Positions 16,298-25,314 of a stretch of DNA of 64,000 nt are shown here, in pieces. How positions within the stretch are numbered: position 1 is the first letter of the stretch; the number at the start of each line of letters is the position of its first letter. The notes under the pieces were generated by a model that searched no databases, was not told the DNA's origin, and saw only the letters and a program-made list of their open reading frames with translations. The DNA is from Candidatus Uhrbacteria bacterium (GTDB lineage Bacteria > Patescibacteriota > Patescibacteriia > SG8-24). The stretch lies in the NCBI GenBank assembly GCA_016929435.1, contig JAFGIV010000006.1, positions 8,071 through 72,070 on the forward strand. Direction: 5' to 3'. The position numbers and the translations under genes are program-made.

Positions 16298-18232
16298 TCA
16301 TTCCCCGGCCGCCCCGGAGGCGTCGGCCGATATGGCCGTACCTGAACCGGAATTTTCAGGAAGCGGCGGGGCGTTCGGGTCAATGCCGATCAGGCAGACC
16401 TCGCCCCAGGGGCGGTAAAGGCTGTAGAAGGCCTGTTTTTCCTCCCGGCCGTCCGGATAGGTGACGGTGTAGTCGAACGACGCCTTGGCTCCGGCATGGG
16501 GGGATTCCGTGCATTTCTCGACCCCCGGAGCCAGGTCCGCGCTGGGGACGAGTTTTTTCTCCGGCGGCGGGGTGATGTCCCAAACGCTGACCTTCCCCTG
16601 TTCGGCCACCCGCCCGTCACTGACCCCCCAGAACGTGAAGGTCAGCCGGTTGCCGTCGATGGCGGTCATGATGACGATGGCGTGCCCGGTGTCGTTTTTG
16701 AACTTCAGGTCCGGACTGGGGTCGTAGATGGTGGCGTCCTTCCCCGGGCCCACGTATTTGCCGTCCCCGTCCAGCTCGTAATAGGAGACGCGGTAGGAAT
16801 GGTTGCGTCGTTCGGTGATCGGCAGTCCGGAAGCCAGGGCCACCCTGAAGGCGGTTGTCCCTATCTGGCACAGCCCGCCGCCGTATTCCGGGACCGTCCG
16901 GTTGTCCTTAATGACCAGTTCCTGTTTGTAGCCGTGTTCCCCGTCAATGGACCCCAGGGCCTTTACCAGGGAGAATTCCGTGTTTGGCGGGACTACCAGG
17001 CCGTTCAGGCTGGCGGCCCCGACGGCGATGTTTGACCGCCGGTTGGCCGGGCTGCCGCGGAAGTTGCTTTCCCCCACCCCGATGATCTCCCTGATCCCGT
17101 AGGGGTTGGACTTTTCGGTGGTGATTTCCGGCTCAACCGAAATTATGGGCAATTCGATCCGTTCCGGCGGCTTTTCCGGGCCGAAAACGGCGGCTTCCAG
17201 GGCCCTGACGGCCCCATCGATGTCCAACCTTTCCCCGTTTTTGTGGGGTTCGATGCGGATCACCCGTCCGTCCGTCATTTCGAATATCGCATCGGTCGGC
17301 GGAACCGCAAATTCCGGGGCCTTCGATTCCAGGTATTTCCTTATGGCCGAATCGCTGAACCCCAAACCGGTTGTCCCGTCCTCCCGTGAAACGACATCCA
17401 GCCAACCGGCCAATTGGCTGCGGGAAACCGACCATACGGCCGTTTTGGCGGTTAAGGTCAGGGGGGCGCGGGCCATGGCCCCGTCAACGTCCCCAACGGC
17501 CCTTTCCGCCTCGGGTAGGGTTATCTTCGGCTGGTCATAACGGATTGCCATCGCGATCGGTTCGGAGGACAGCCTGTTCAGCCTTGAAAGGGCGGCGGTT
17601 ACGGCATGTTCGGTGTCCAGGTTGGTCCCGGGCCTTTCGGGAACCGTTTCCTTTCGGATTGACCCGTTACCTTCGACGCTTACCTTGACTTGGGCGTTGA
17701 CGGCCGGGTAGAATATTCCGGCAAAAGCGGTCTCCAGCTCGTTTTTCAGGGCACCTTCGTCCAGTCTGAAGTCCATTTCGATTCGGTGGCCCATCAGGTA
17801 GGCGACCGCCCTTTCCATGGCCGATTTCGCCTTTCCCGGTTTTCTTCCCACCGCAAAGGCTTCCCGGACCGCCTTTTCCGAATCTGCCGCGGCTATCGCT
17901 CGGCCGTTTCTTCCGGCCGAAAGGGGCTTGATGTCTGCCGTGAGGCCATTGGCCCGGAACTGAAGGCTGTAATCCGCCAGGACGGAACCCAATCTTTCGG
18001 TCGCCTCGGTCTGGGTCATTCCCCCGACAGGCACTGTCCCTATGGTGACCCCGTCGGAGATCCGGCCGGCGGCCGCTCCGGATACGAATCCGATCACGCC
18101 CATGCCCCCGACCGCCAGGACCAGCAGGAAAAGGGCCATCCCGCGCAGGGACAGGAAATTTTTCAGGCGGAATTCCCGTTTTACGGCGGCCTTCTTGGCT
18201 TTCATCAGGTTTTGCCTTTTGGGTGCGGTCAT
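16298..18232 (-). CDS. VanW-family protein (YoaR-like) with N-terminal TM
   Basis: C-terminal VanW signature EYGGGLCQIGTTAFRVALASGLPITERRNHSY. N-terminal TM helix. Confidence 0.85.
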   Translation of the reverse strand: MTAPKRQNLMKAKKAAVKREFRLKNFLSLRGMALFLLVLAVGGMGVIGFVSGAAAGRISDGVTIGTVPVGGMTQTEATERLGSVLADYSLQFRANGLTADIKPLSAGRNGRAIAAADSEKAVREAFAVGRKPGKAKSAMERAVAYLMGHRIEMDFRLDEGALKNELETAFAGIFYPAVNAQVKVSVEGNGSIRKETVPERPGTNLDTEHAVTAALSRLNRLSSEPIAMAIRYDQPKITLPEAERAVGDVDGAMARAPLTLTAKTAVWSVSRSQLAGWLDVVSREDGTTGLGFSDSAIRKYLESKAPEFAVPPTDAIFEMTDGRVIRIEPHKNGERLDIDGAVRALEAAVFGPEKPPERIELPIISVEPEITTEKSNPYGIREIIGVGESNFRGSPANRRSNIAVGAASLNGLVVPPNTEFSLVKALGSIDGEHGYKQELVIKDNRTVPEYGGGLCQIGTTAFRVALASGLPITERRNHSYRVSYYELDGDGKYVGPGKDATIYDPSPDLKFKNDTGHAIVIMTAIDGNRLTFTFWGVSDGRVAEQGKVSVWDITPPPEKKLVPSADLAPGVEKCTESPHAGAKASFDYTVTYPDGREEKQAFYSLYRPWGEVCLIGIDPNAPPLPENSGSGTAISADASGAAGE

Positions 18233-18236
18233 TGGA

Positions 18237-18689
18237 CTATCTTTCCTGCACCTTGATTTTCCGGTCCCGGACCGCCTTGGGCATCCTGACTGTCAGGATG
18301 CCGTCCTTCAGCTCGGCCCGGATCCGATCCGGATCGACTTCGGTCGGCAGGATCAGGGATCGGGAAAAGCCACCCCAGTGGCATTCCCGCACCAGCCAGC
18401 GCCCCTCTGCGGTTTCCCCGACCTGTTTCCGCTGCCCGCGGATGGTCAGGAGGTCGTTATGGACCGAAACCTCCAGGTCCTCAGGTCGGACCCCGGCGAT
18501 GGCCGAGCGGATGACGATCTCCCCGTCCGTCTCCAGGACATCCACGGATAGCTGTCCGTCCTCGTCGATCCAGGATTCCACGTCGGTCCCGGGGAACAGG
18601 GACAGGCCGTTTTCCTCCCGTGACGGGCCACTCGGTACGGGTTTTCGGGAATCCGGTCTATTGGTTGATTGCTTTTTCATACCTGTCAA
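18237..18689 (-). CDS. Hsp20/alpha-crystallin family small heat-shock protein
   Basis: Alpha-crystallin domain: DVLETDGEIVIRSAIAGVRPEDLEVSVHNDLLTIRG...GGFSRSLILP...DGILTVRMPK. Confidence 0.85.
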   Translation of the reverse strand: MTGMKKQSTNRPDSRKPVPSGPSREENGLSLFPGTDVESWIDEDGQLSVDVLETDGEIVIRSAIAGVRPEDLEVSVHNDLLTIRGQRKQVGETAEGRWLVRECHWGGFSRSLILPTEVDPDRIRAELKDGILTVRMPKAVRDRKIKVQER

Positions 18690-18744
18690 GTTTAAGCCGG
18701 ATTCAGTATACCATATTCCGGATTCGGTCGGGATGGAGTTTCGT

Positions 18745-18773
18745 TTAAAAAACCAACCCCGATCGGGGTTGGT
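18745..18773 (-). terminator. Rho-independent terminator (minus strand)
   Basis: ccaaccccgatcggggttgg hairpin; on the minus strand it is followed by ttttttaaa. Confidence 0.7.
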
Positions 18774-18782
18774 CGAGAGACG

Positions 18783-19361
18783 CTATTTTTCGGTGATGCG
18801 ACCTTTGGGATTCCAGGGATCACCTTCGTTTTTGGGGTAATCGAACCAGATGCGGGCACTGGTGACGTCACACAGGTGACAAAAAGCCGCGAGGGGATTC
18901 ATCACCCGGAATTTGCTGCTGTAGTCCCGATGTTCTCCCTCGACATACTTCAGGCCGTTTCGCTGTTCCGGAGTCAGGACCAGTCCGTATTCGGACATTT
19001 TTTTGTTTCGGAATGTCCGGGCTGCCCCCTTAGTCTTCAGCCCCTCGACATATTCCGTTTCGCCCCGGTCGTTCAGGCGGTATTTCCACGGTTTTTCCAG
19101 GTCATGCAGAAACAGGACCAAGAGGGCATCGGAAAGGCTGAAGTTTAATGGTCGGAGTTCGGATAGGGTGCGATAGAGGATTATGGCCAGGTTCATCGTC
19201 TCCAAAACATGGTCGTGATATCCGCCCGGCCAATTTTGGTGGTTGTTGGACGAACCCCGAACCCGGCGGAATATTTCTTTGTTGTCGGCCAAGATTTTTT
19301 TGCATGCCCGGCGGTTCGGCATTTCGATCATTTCCGTCAGGTCGTCAATTGAAATGTACAT
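18783..19361 (-). CDS. HD-domain phosphohydrolase
   Basis: HQNWPGGYHDHVLETMNLA...LFLHDLEKP (HD motif). Start at ATG 19361 with a strong SD AAGGAGGG about 10 nt upstream. The track's longer ORF (to 19829) would overlap tRNA-Pro. Confidence 0.8.
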   Translation of the reverse strand: MYISIDDLTEMIEMPNRRACKKILADNKEIFRRVRGSSNNHQNWPGGYHDHVLETMNLAIILYRTLSELRPLNFSLSDALLVLFLHDLEKPWKYRLNDRGETEYVEGLKTKGAARTFRNKKMSEYGLVLTPEQRNGLKYVEGEHRDYSSKFRVMNPLAAFCHLCDVTSARIWFDYPKNEGDPWNPKGRITEK

Positions 19362-19744
19362 TGCGTGTTTTTCCCTCCTTTTTCCTTGCCCCCACATGTT
19401 AATAGGTCCGTAAATGTTCGTCAACACGCCGAACGGTCGATAATCCGTCCGCTGTTGCCCGTTTCTCCCGCGGCTGGTACCATGAAATTGAACTTCACAA
19501 CGGTATCCGTTAAGTTTTGGGTCAAACTTTTGGCTGTCGGGTCCTGAAGGCCCTTCCCGTGGGGAGGGTCGGTGGATCCATGCGGCCCAGCGCTGGTTCC
19601 GGTGGGCCCTGTCGGGATGTCGCCTTGGCGGTCTCTTGACGGCGGGCATCGGAATGGCGGGTTCGATCAGTCGGACTAAGCCCGCTTGTCTCAAGCCAAA
19701 ACTTCGGGTGCCATGCCTGTGGAGTTCGTTATTATCTCGGTTTG

Positions 19745-19818
19745 CGGGCCATAGTATAGTGGTAATACACGCCCTTGGGGTGGGCGAGTCGGGAGTCCGA
19801 TTCTCCCTGGCCCGACCA
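19745..19818 (+). tRNA. tRNA-Pro (anticodon GGG)
   Basis: CGGGCCATAGTATAGTGGTAATACACGCCCTTGGGGTGGGCGAGTCGGGAGTCCGATTCTCCCTGGCCCGACCA: acceptor CGGGCCA/TGGCCCG, D-stem GTAT/ATAC, anticodon stem CGCCC/GGGCG with loop TTGGGGT, T-arm GGGAG-TCCGATT-CTCCC, CCA encoded. TATTAT -10 box just upstream. Confidence 0.9.
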
Positions 19819-19883
19819 GCTTTTGCCAACTCATCCCGTTCGGGAGTCGCGTCTGGCGCGGTCGGTTCGGTGGTTTGACATGA

Positions 19884-19917
19884 TAAAAACCGTTCCGGTT
19901 CTGACCGGAACGGTTTG
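19884..19917. terminator. Bidirectional terminator
   Basis: Perfect 11-bp stem accgttccggt-tctg-accggaacggt flanked by A5 and TTT, between tRNA-Pro and convergent rpmB. Confidence 0.8.
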
Positions 19918-19931
19918 CCGTTTGGGCGGCC

Positions 19932-20105
19932 TTAGGCGCCCTTGGCCAGCGTGCGCAGGCAGCGGGTGCAGGCCTTGACCTTCTGGCCATCCAGGTTCTT
20001 TGTCTGGAGGTTGACGAGCTGGCGGCGCTTGGTGGCGATGTTGGAGTGGCTGCGGGAAACGGCCTGGCTTGGGCCGCGGCCGCAGACATCACATGTCCTG
20101 GACAT
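19932..20105 (-). CDS. rpmB: 50S ribosomal protein L28
   Basis: MSRTCDVCGRGPSQAVSRSHSNIATKRRQLVNLQTKNLDGQKVKACTRCLRTLAKGA (57 aa) matches the L28 consensus. Below the ORF-track length cutoff. Confidence 0.85.
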   Translation of the reverse strand: MSRTCDVCGRGPSQAVSRSHSNIATKRRQLVNLQTKNLDGQKVKACTRCLRTLAKGA

Positions 20106-20216
20106 ACTCTGTCGGTTAGCTAAGTTGACTAGGACACATTAACATCGGCTGGGCGTTTAGTCAAGTTTGCCGTTCCAATTTCAGGTAGGGTGATAATTCC
20201 GTTAATTTTAGCCTAA

Positions 20217-20855
20217 ATGGACATGCGAATCGGTTTGTTGGCCTATTTGGCGCTCCTGGTTTCCTTGAGTTTCCACGAGTTCATGCACGCCTACTCGGCG
20301 TATCTTTTGGGGGATCGGACGGCGGAAAGGGCCGGTCGGCTGACATTGAATCCCGTCCGGCACATAGACTTCCTGGGAACCGTCGTTCTGCCCCTGATGG
20401 GACTGTTTTCCGGCATGCCCGTGTTCGGATGGGCCAAACCGGTTCCGGTCAATCCCCATAACCTGAAGGGTGGGCGGTGGGGGCCGGCCCTGGTGGGTGG
20501 TGCCGGCCCGCTCTCCAATTTTTTTGCGGCCGCGGTTTTCCTGGTCCTGCTTAGGGTGGCCCTGGGGTTTTTTCCGCCGGAGAACCTCCTGGTGGTTTTC
20601 CTGTTCCAGCTGGTGACCGTCAATGTCGTCCTGGGGGTGTTTAACCTGATTCCCGTCCCGCCGCTTGACGGTTCTTCCGTGCTGGAGTCGTTCCTGGTCG
20701 CCCCCCGCTGGCGGAACCTGTTGGCGTTCCTGGAGAGCCGGGGGCCGATGCTCCTGATTCTCCTGATCGTCCTGGACTCCATGTCCCCGGTTTCCCTGCT
20801 CGGATCGGTATTCGTAGTTGCAGTCAACGGTTTTTTCGCCTTGGGCGGGATGTAA
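20217..20855 (+). CDS. Peptidase family M50 (site-2 protease-like) membrane protein
   Basis: HEFMHAYSAYLLG (HExxH) in a TM helix, LNPVRHIDFLG, and multiple TM segments. Confidence 0.85.
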   Translation: MDMRIGLLAYLALLVSLSFHEFMHAYSAYLLGDRTAERAGRLTLNPVRHIDFLGTVVLPLMGLFSGMPVFGWAKPVPVNPHNLKGGRWGPALVGGAGPLSNFFAAAVFLVLLRVALGFFPPENLLVVFLFQLVTVNVVLGVFNLIPVPPLDGSSVLESFLVAPRWRNLLAFLESRGPMLLILLIVLDSMSPVSLLGSVFVVAVNGFFALGGM

Positions 20856-20881
20856 TCCGGGCTTGCCCCAAAGCGTGGACG

Positions 20882-20919
20882 AAAAAGGCGCCGCTTGACC
20901 AGCGGCGCCGAAGTTTTTT
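20882..20919 (+). terminator. Rho-independent terminator
   Basis: ggcgccgct-tgacc-agcggcgcc hairpin, then a T6 run. Confidence 0.7.
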
Positions 20920-20944
20920 GTTTTTTTGTCAAGGATAGGGATGT

Positions 20945-20971
20945 CAAAAACCGCCCCCTATGGCGGTTTTT
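20945..20971. terminator. Bidirectional terminator
   Basis: aaaaaccgcc-ccctat-ggcggttttt. Confidence 0.7.
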
Positions 20972-20987
20972 GCTTGTTTTCGGTAAT

Positions 20988-21452
20988 TTATCCTTCCGGT
21001 GTCCCTTCCCAATCCGGCGGGTTCTCGTCCAGGGGAGCGTTCACTGACTCGGTCGGGTCATGGGGTTCCGGTGCCTGGCAGTTGGCGACCACGGAAGGGG
21101 AGTCCGACTCGTTCCGCCAGGCATAGCCCACGCCGGGCGGCACGGACAGGAGACGGTAGAGCTTCGGGTCTTCGGCGGACAGGACTATTTTCGTCGCCTG
21201 TCCGGCCGTCGGCGAACCCGGGCGGTCATCCCTTAGGATGAAGGTTATTCGGCCGTGCGGCACGGCAAGGTTCTGGACGGTCCGGAGGTGGGTTTTCCAC
21301 CCCTTGGTCACGCCAGGATTGATGACCGAGAAATACGCTTCCCCGAAGCCCGTGAAGTGCGGGTCGTCTGACCGGAGCATCCGCATCACCTTTCCCCGCT
21401 CGTCCCCCACGGTTTTCAGCGGGGTTATTTTCAGGCCGTCGATGGCGGACAT
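20988..21452 (-). CDS. RmlC-like cupin (dTDP-4-dehydrorhamnose 3,5-epimerase family)
   Basis: GDERGKVMRMLRSDD...FGEAYFSVINPGVTKGWKTHL...HGRITFILRDDRPGSPTAGQ fits the RmlC/FdtA cupin pattern. Start taken at internal MSAIDG (21452), 33 nt after the upstream gene's stop. Confidence 0.7.
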   Translation of the reverse strand: MSAIDGLKITPLKTVGDERGKVMRMLRSDDPHFTGFGEAYFSVINPGVTKGWKTHLRTVQNLAVPHGRITFILRDDRPGSPTAGQATKIVLSAEDPKLYRLLSVPPGVGYAWRNESDSPSVVANCQAPEPHDPTESVNAPLDENPPDWEGTPEG

Positions 21453-21484
21453 GTTTTCGGGGCCTAAATCCGGGACGCCGCCGC

Positions 21485-22537
21485 CTATTCCCGGCAGCGG
21501 CAGGCATCCGGATCGATTTCCTGTTTCCGGCCGTTTTTTTGCGACAGGAAGTTCCGGTACCATTCGATCGTTTCCTTCAGCCCCTCGTCCAGGCTGTATA
21601 TCGGTTCCCAACCGAGGAGGCTCTTGGCCTTGGCGCTGGACAGGGTCTGGTCGTGGATTTCGGCCTTGGCCTGGTTCAGGATCTCCGGCTCCAGGTCGGA
21701 TCCGGCAATCTTGAGCAGCTGATCCACCAGTTTCAGGACGGTCATCCCGTTACCGGTGCTGAAGTTGAAGGCCTGACCCACGATCTCCGGACGGTCCATG
21801 TTCTCGGCCAGGGCGATGTAGGCGCTGGCCGCATCCTTCACGAAGAAATAGTCGCGGACGAACAGCCCGTCGCTCCGGATGACCGGGGATCGGCCCATGA
21901 CCATGTCCCGGATGATCCCGGGCACCAGTCGGTTGAAGTTCAGGTCCCCCGGTCCGTAGAGGTTGCCGCAGCGGGTGACGCAGACCGGGGTGCCGTAGGT
22001 GTTGTGGTAGGTGTAGGCGATCAGGTCCGTGCAGGATTTGGAGACGTCATAGGGGTGGTTGCCGCGCAGGGACGCCTCTTCCGTATAGGGAAGGATCGGT
22101 TGCGGACCGTAGGCCTTGTCCGAGGAGGCCACCACCACCCGCTTGACCGTGGGGGAGAGGCGGGCCGATTCCATGACGTGGCAGGTGCCCATGATGTTGG
22201 TCCGGAGCGTCGGCAGGGGGCAGCGGTTGGCGATCGGGGCGATCGGTTGGGCCCCCACATGGAAGACCGTTTCCGCCTCATACTCGTTTATGGACCGGTA
22301 GACCGAATCGTAGTCGTTCAGGTCCCCGTAGGCGATTGATACCCGGTTCATGGCATCCGTCTCGAAGAGGCGGCTGGTGGGGACATGATCCCGCTTCAGG
22401 ACCGCGACATTGGCCCCAAGCTGGTCCAGCAATTCCACTATGTGGGAACCCAGAAGCCCGAACCCCCCGGTCACCAGGACATTCCGGTCCTTCCAGAAGG
22501 ATCGGCGCTTTTCGGTGACGATTTGGTCTTTAAACAT
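21485..22537 (-). CDS. NAD-dependent sugar 4,6-dehydratase, CDP-glucose 4,6-dehydratase (RfbG)-like
   Basis: FWKDRNVLVTGGFGLLGSHIVELL (compare RfbG FWQGKRVFVTGHTGFKG), SDKAY and YDVSK catalytic triad. SDR extended family. Confidence 0.8.
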   Translation of the reverse strand: MFKDQIVTEKRRSFWKDRNVLVTGGFGLLGSHIVELLDQLGANVAVLKRDHVPTSRLFETDAMNRVSIAYGDLNDYDSVYRSINEYEAETVFHVGAQPIAPIANRCPLPTLRTNIMGTCHVMESARLSPTVKRVVVASSDKAYGPQPILPYTEEASLRGNHPYDVSKSCTDLIAYTYHNTYGTPVCVTRCGNLYGPGDLNFNRLVPGIIRDMVMGRSPVIRSDGLFVRDYFFVKDAASAYIALAENMDRPEIVGQAFNFSTGNGMTVLKLVDQLLKIAGSDLEPEILNQAKAEIHDQTLSSAKAKSLLGWEPIYSLDEGLKETIEWYRNFLSQKNGRKQEIDPDACRCRE

Positions 22538-22664
22538 AGTTTATCCGTTAATGGATGATGGGTGCCTGTCCGGGCCGTTTTCCTAGCTTAGCTTATCTTC
22601 TTGCGCTTAATCGTGTCAATGCCGGAAGTTTTTGACGGCAGTTTTTTTGTGGTAAGATTCGGGC

Positions 22665-23540
22665 ATGAACATCATCATTTTTGGCGCCACCGGCCGACTC
22701 GGCACGGCCCTGTGTCGCCACCTGACCGGACACAATCTGAAACTGCCGGCCACCGAGGATTTCGCCTCGGCGGACGGCCCGGAACTGGTCCGGATGATCA
22801 GGGAATCCGGAGCCGAGATGGCCGTCAACACCGCCGCCTACAACAACGTCAACGGGGCCGAGGGGGACGGATACGAGACCTGCCGCCGGGCCAACGCCGA
22901 ATTCCCCGGTCTTTTGGCCGATGCCGCCGCAACCGTCGGCATTCCCCTGATTCATTTCTCCACCAACTACGTCTTTTCCGGGGAAAAGGGGAGTCCCTAT
23001 GTGGAAAGCGATGTCCCGGATCCGGTCAGCCGATACGGTCAGGCCAAGGCCGACGGCGAACGGCTGGTTCGGGAAAACCACCCGGAAGGATCGTTCGTCA
23101 TCCGCACCTCCCGCCTGTTCGGTCCGCCGGGTACGGCTCCGGAGTCCAAGCGCAGCTTCGTGGAGATAATCGTGGGGGAACTGTCCGAACAGGCCGCTTC
23201 CCCGGATCCGAAGCCGGTTTTGGTGGACGATCGGGAGGTCTGTTCCCCGACTTTCATTGACGATTTGGCCGAAGCCGTAACCCGCCATTTTATCGGTGCC
23301 CAACAGCCGGTCGGGATATATCACCTGACCAACAGCGGCAGCTGCACCTGGTTCGGTTGGGCCGAGGAGATCGCCCGGCTGTCAGGATTGGGCGTTCCGG
23401 TGGCTCCGCGCCCCCTGTCCGAAATCAAGCCCCGTCCGGCCAGGGTGCCGCCGTATTCCGTCCTGGAATCGACCCGTTTGCCGGCGCTTCGGCCCTGGCC
23501 GGAGGCTTTGCGGGATTACATGTCCAAATATGGAAAATAG
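22665..23540 (+). CDS. RmlD-like 4-keto-6-deoxyhexose reductase (dTDP-4-dehydrorhamnose reductase family)
   Basis: MNIIIFGATGRLG...AVNTAAYNNVNGAE...LIHFSTNYVFSG...PY.E.D...P.SRYGQAKADGE...VIRTSRLFG matches RmlD. Confidence 0.85.
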   Translation: MNIIIFGATGRLGTALCRHLTGHNLKLPATEDFASADGPELVRMIRESGAEMAVNTAAYNNVNGAEGDGYETCRRANAEFPGLLADAAATVGIPLIHFSTNYVFSGEKGSPYVESDVPDPVSRYGQAKADGERLVRENHPEGSFVIRTSRLFGPPGTAPESKRSFVEIIVGELSEQAASPDPKPVLVDDREVCSPTFIDDLAEAVTRHFIGAQQPVGIYHLTNSGSCTWFGWAEEIARLSGLGVPVAPRPLSEIKPRPARVPPYSVLESTRLPALRPWPEALRDYMSKYGK

Positions 23541-24123
23541 GGAAATTCATGCCGAGACCGGTATTGACGGGTTGGCCGTCGAACCGCAGCCGATCTTCGG
23601 CAATCCGGACGGGGCCGTCCTTCACCTTATTCCCGGCGGAACGGACAGTCCGGAAATGCTGGACGGAGGAATTAGGGACGTTTATGCCTCTATGGCCATT
23701 GGTCGCGGTATCTGGCGTGGTGGACACTACCACGGACGGTTGGACGAGTTCTTTTTCGTGATGTCCGGACGGGCGGTGTGGCTGTTCGTTGACATGCGTC
23801 CCGAATCCCGGACCAGCGGCCGGCATTACCTGTGCGTGGTTGACGCTGAAGCTCGCCGTAATGGCGCCGGTTCATTGGGGCCGCCCGTCCCCGAGTTCTC
23901 CGTGGTCGGGGACATGAAGAGCTACCGTTTGCGGGTGCCGGCCGGAGTCTACCATGCCTATGCGCCCCTCGGAGAGGGGAGGGTCATGATTTTGGCGGTG
24001 GGGAATACGCCTTTCGACGGTCAGGACTATTTCTATCCGGATATCCGGACCGTCGGCGATTCCCCCGCCCTTCACGAGCGGCTGGAGGAACTGGGGCTGG
24101 AAATCCCCAAACCGACCCGATAG
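23530..24123 (+). CDS. Cupin-fold sugar epimerase/isomerase (RmlC/WxcM-like)
   Basis: GGHYHGRLDEFFFVMSGRAVWLFVDMRPESRTSGRHY...RVPAGVYHAY. Overlaps the rmlD-like gene by 11 nt. Confidence 0.7.
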   Translation: MENREIHAETGIDGLAVEPQPIFGNPDGAVLHLIPGGTDSPEMLDGGIRDVYASMAIGRGIWRGGHYHGRLDEFFFVMSGRAVWLFVDMRPESRTSGRHYLCVVDAEARRNGAGSLGPPVPEFSVVGDMKSYRLRVPAGVYHAYAPLGEGRVMILAVGNTPFDGQDYFYPDIRTVGDSPALHERLEELGLEIPKPTR

Positions 24124-24124
24124 G

Positions 24125-24165
24125 AAAAAAGACAGGCCCCCGGAAAGGGAGCCTGTCTTTTTTTG
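24125..24165. terminator. Bidirectional terminator
   Basis: aaaaaagacaggc-ccccggaaagggag-cctgtcttttttt. Confidence 0.8.
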
Positions 24166-24173
24166 AGGCAGCC

Positions 24174-25304
24174 TTACCACCGGATCAGGAAATAGAGTAC
24201 TCTCCAGGAGAGCGACATCAGCGGGTTGGCGATATTGGTCATGAAGAAACCGCCCATACCCGGTTCCTGGAAATCGATGGTCGGGACGGCCCAGCGCAGG
24301 AATTCCCGGTCGCCGATCTTTCGGAAGGACTGGATCCGCTTCCGGCGGTTCCCGATCCATTTCCAGGTGGAAGGTTTCAGCATGGCCCGGAAGGCCCGGA
24401 GCTTCTCCCGGTGCCAGCCGCCGCCCAAGATCGCCAGGGGCAGGGAGGCCAGTTCGGAGACCAGGATGGGAAGGAAAAGTAGCGCAATGGTCGCCGGTCT
24501 GTAGTATGACAGCAGGACGATCAGGCGGTTCCGTTCCATCCAGAAGAACTTGGTGATGCTCTTGGAGAACTGGTAGTGGTGATAGACCACGCTTTCCGGT
24601 TCGATGACCACCTTCCAGCCGGCCGTCCGGGCGGCGAAGGACAGGTCAATGTCCTCGTGGTAGAGGAAGAAGTCCCGGTCGAAAAGCCCGGTGGTTTCGG
24701 TCATGGCGATCCTGACCAGCAGGCCGGCCCCGCTGGCCGTCGGGATCTCCAGGTCAACGTTCCCGGATTTCCGTTCGGTCTCGAAGAATTCGGCGGCCCG
24801 GTCCGCGGTCCAGAGGTAGCCGCCGCAGTAGCCGAAGCCCAGGAAGTGGAAACGGTTTCCGACGCTGTTCACCAGGTTCCGGTCCCGGCCCAGGAGGAGG
24901 AAGGATTGGACCAACCCTATTTTGGGGTCCCTTTCGGTCCTTTCCACGGCCCGCTTCAGGAAAAGGGGATCGACTTCCGTATCCTGGTTCAGGAGATAGA
25001 CGTAGTCGTGGCCGGATTTCCTGGCCGCCTCCAGGCCGATGTTGTTGGCCCCGGAAAACCCCCAGTCCCGGTCGTTCTTTATTGTCGTCAGTTTCGGCAG
25101 TTCGGTGCCGGCCTTGGGACCCCATTCCGCCTCGATGAAAGACCAGCTGTTTCCGCCCTCGGACGGGTTCTCGACGCAGACTATCTCCCAGCTGTCTTTC
25201 GGGTAATCGACCCGGGAAAGGGACCGGAAACATCGGGTCAGGTCCCGGTAGGAGTCGCGGCCCCATTTGGTCAGGAGTATGACGGCGACTTTCGGTTGGC
25301 TCAT
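24174..25304 (-). CDS. Glycosyltransferase family 2 (rhamnosyltransferase-like)
   Basis: VAVILLTKWGRDSYRDL...VCVENPSEG...DYVYLLNQDTE; GT-A signatures with C-terminal TM helices. Confidence 0.8.
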   Translation of the reverse strand: MSQPKVAVILLTKWGRDSYRDLTRCFRSLSRVDYPKDSWEIVCVENPSEGGNSWSFIEAEWGPKAGTELPKLTTIKNDRDWGFSGANNIGLEAARKSGHDYVYLLNQDTEVDPLFLKRAVERTERDPKIGLVQSFLLLGRDRNLVNSVGNRFHFLGFGYCGGYLWTADRAAEFFETERKSGNVDLEIPTASGAGLLVRIAMTETTGLFDRDFFLYHEDIDLSFAARTAGWKVVIEPESVVYHHYQFSKSITKFFWMERNRLIVLLSYYRPATIALLFLPILVSELASLPLAILGGGWHREKLRAFRAMLKPSTWKWIGNRRKRIQSFRKIGDREFLRWAVPTIDFQEPGMGGFFMTNIANPLMSLSWRVLYFLIRW

Positions 25305-25314
25305 GATCGTGGGG

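Noticed and set aside
19400-19740. Possible SRP RNA or tmRNA in the 380-nt spacer before tRNA-Pro (GUCGGGUCCUGAAGG resembles the SRP helix-8 5' strand)
   Set aside because: No GGAAGCAGC-type apical motif. No complementary 3' strand. No tRNA-like 3' end with CCA. This is most simply explained by divergent promoter regions.
18783-19829. 348-aa minus-strand ORF from the track
   Set aside because: Its 5' half overlaps tRNA-Pro (19745..19818) and has no domain. The HD-domain portion starts at the ATG 19361, which has a perfect AAGGAGG SD. The shorter CDS 18783..19361 is used.
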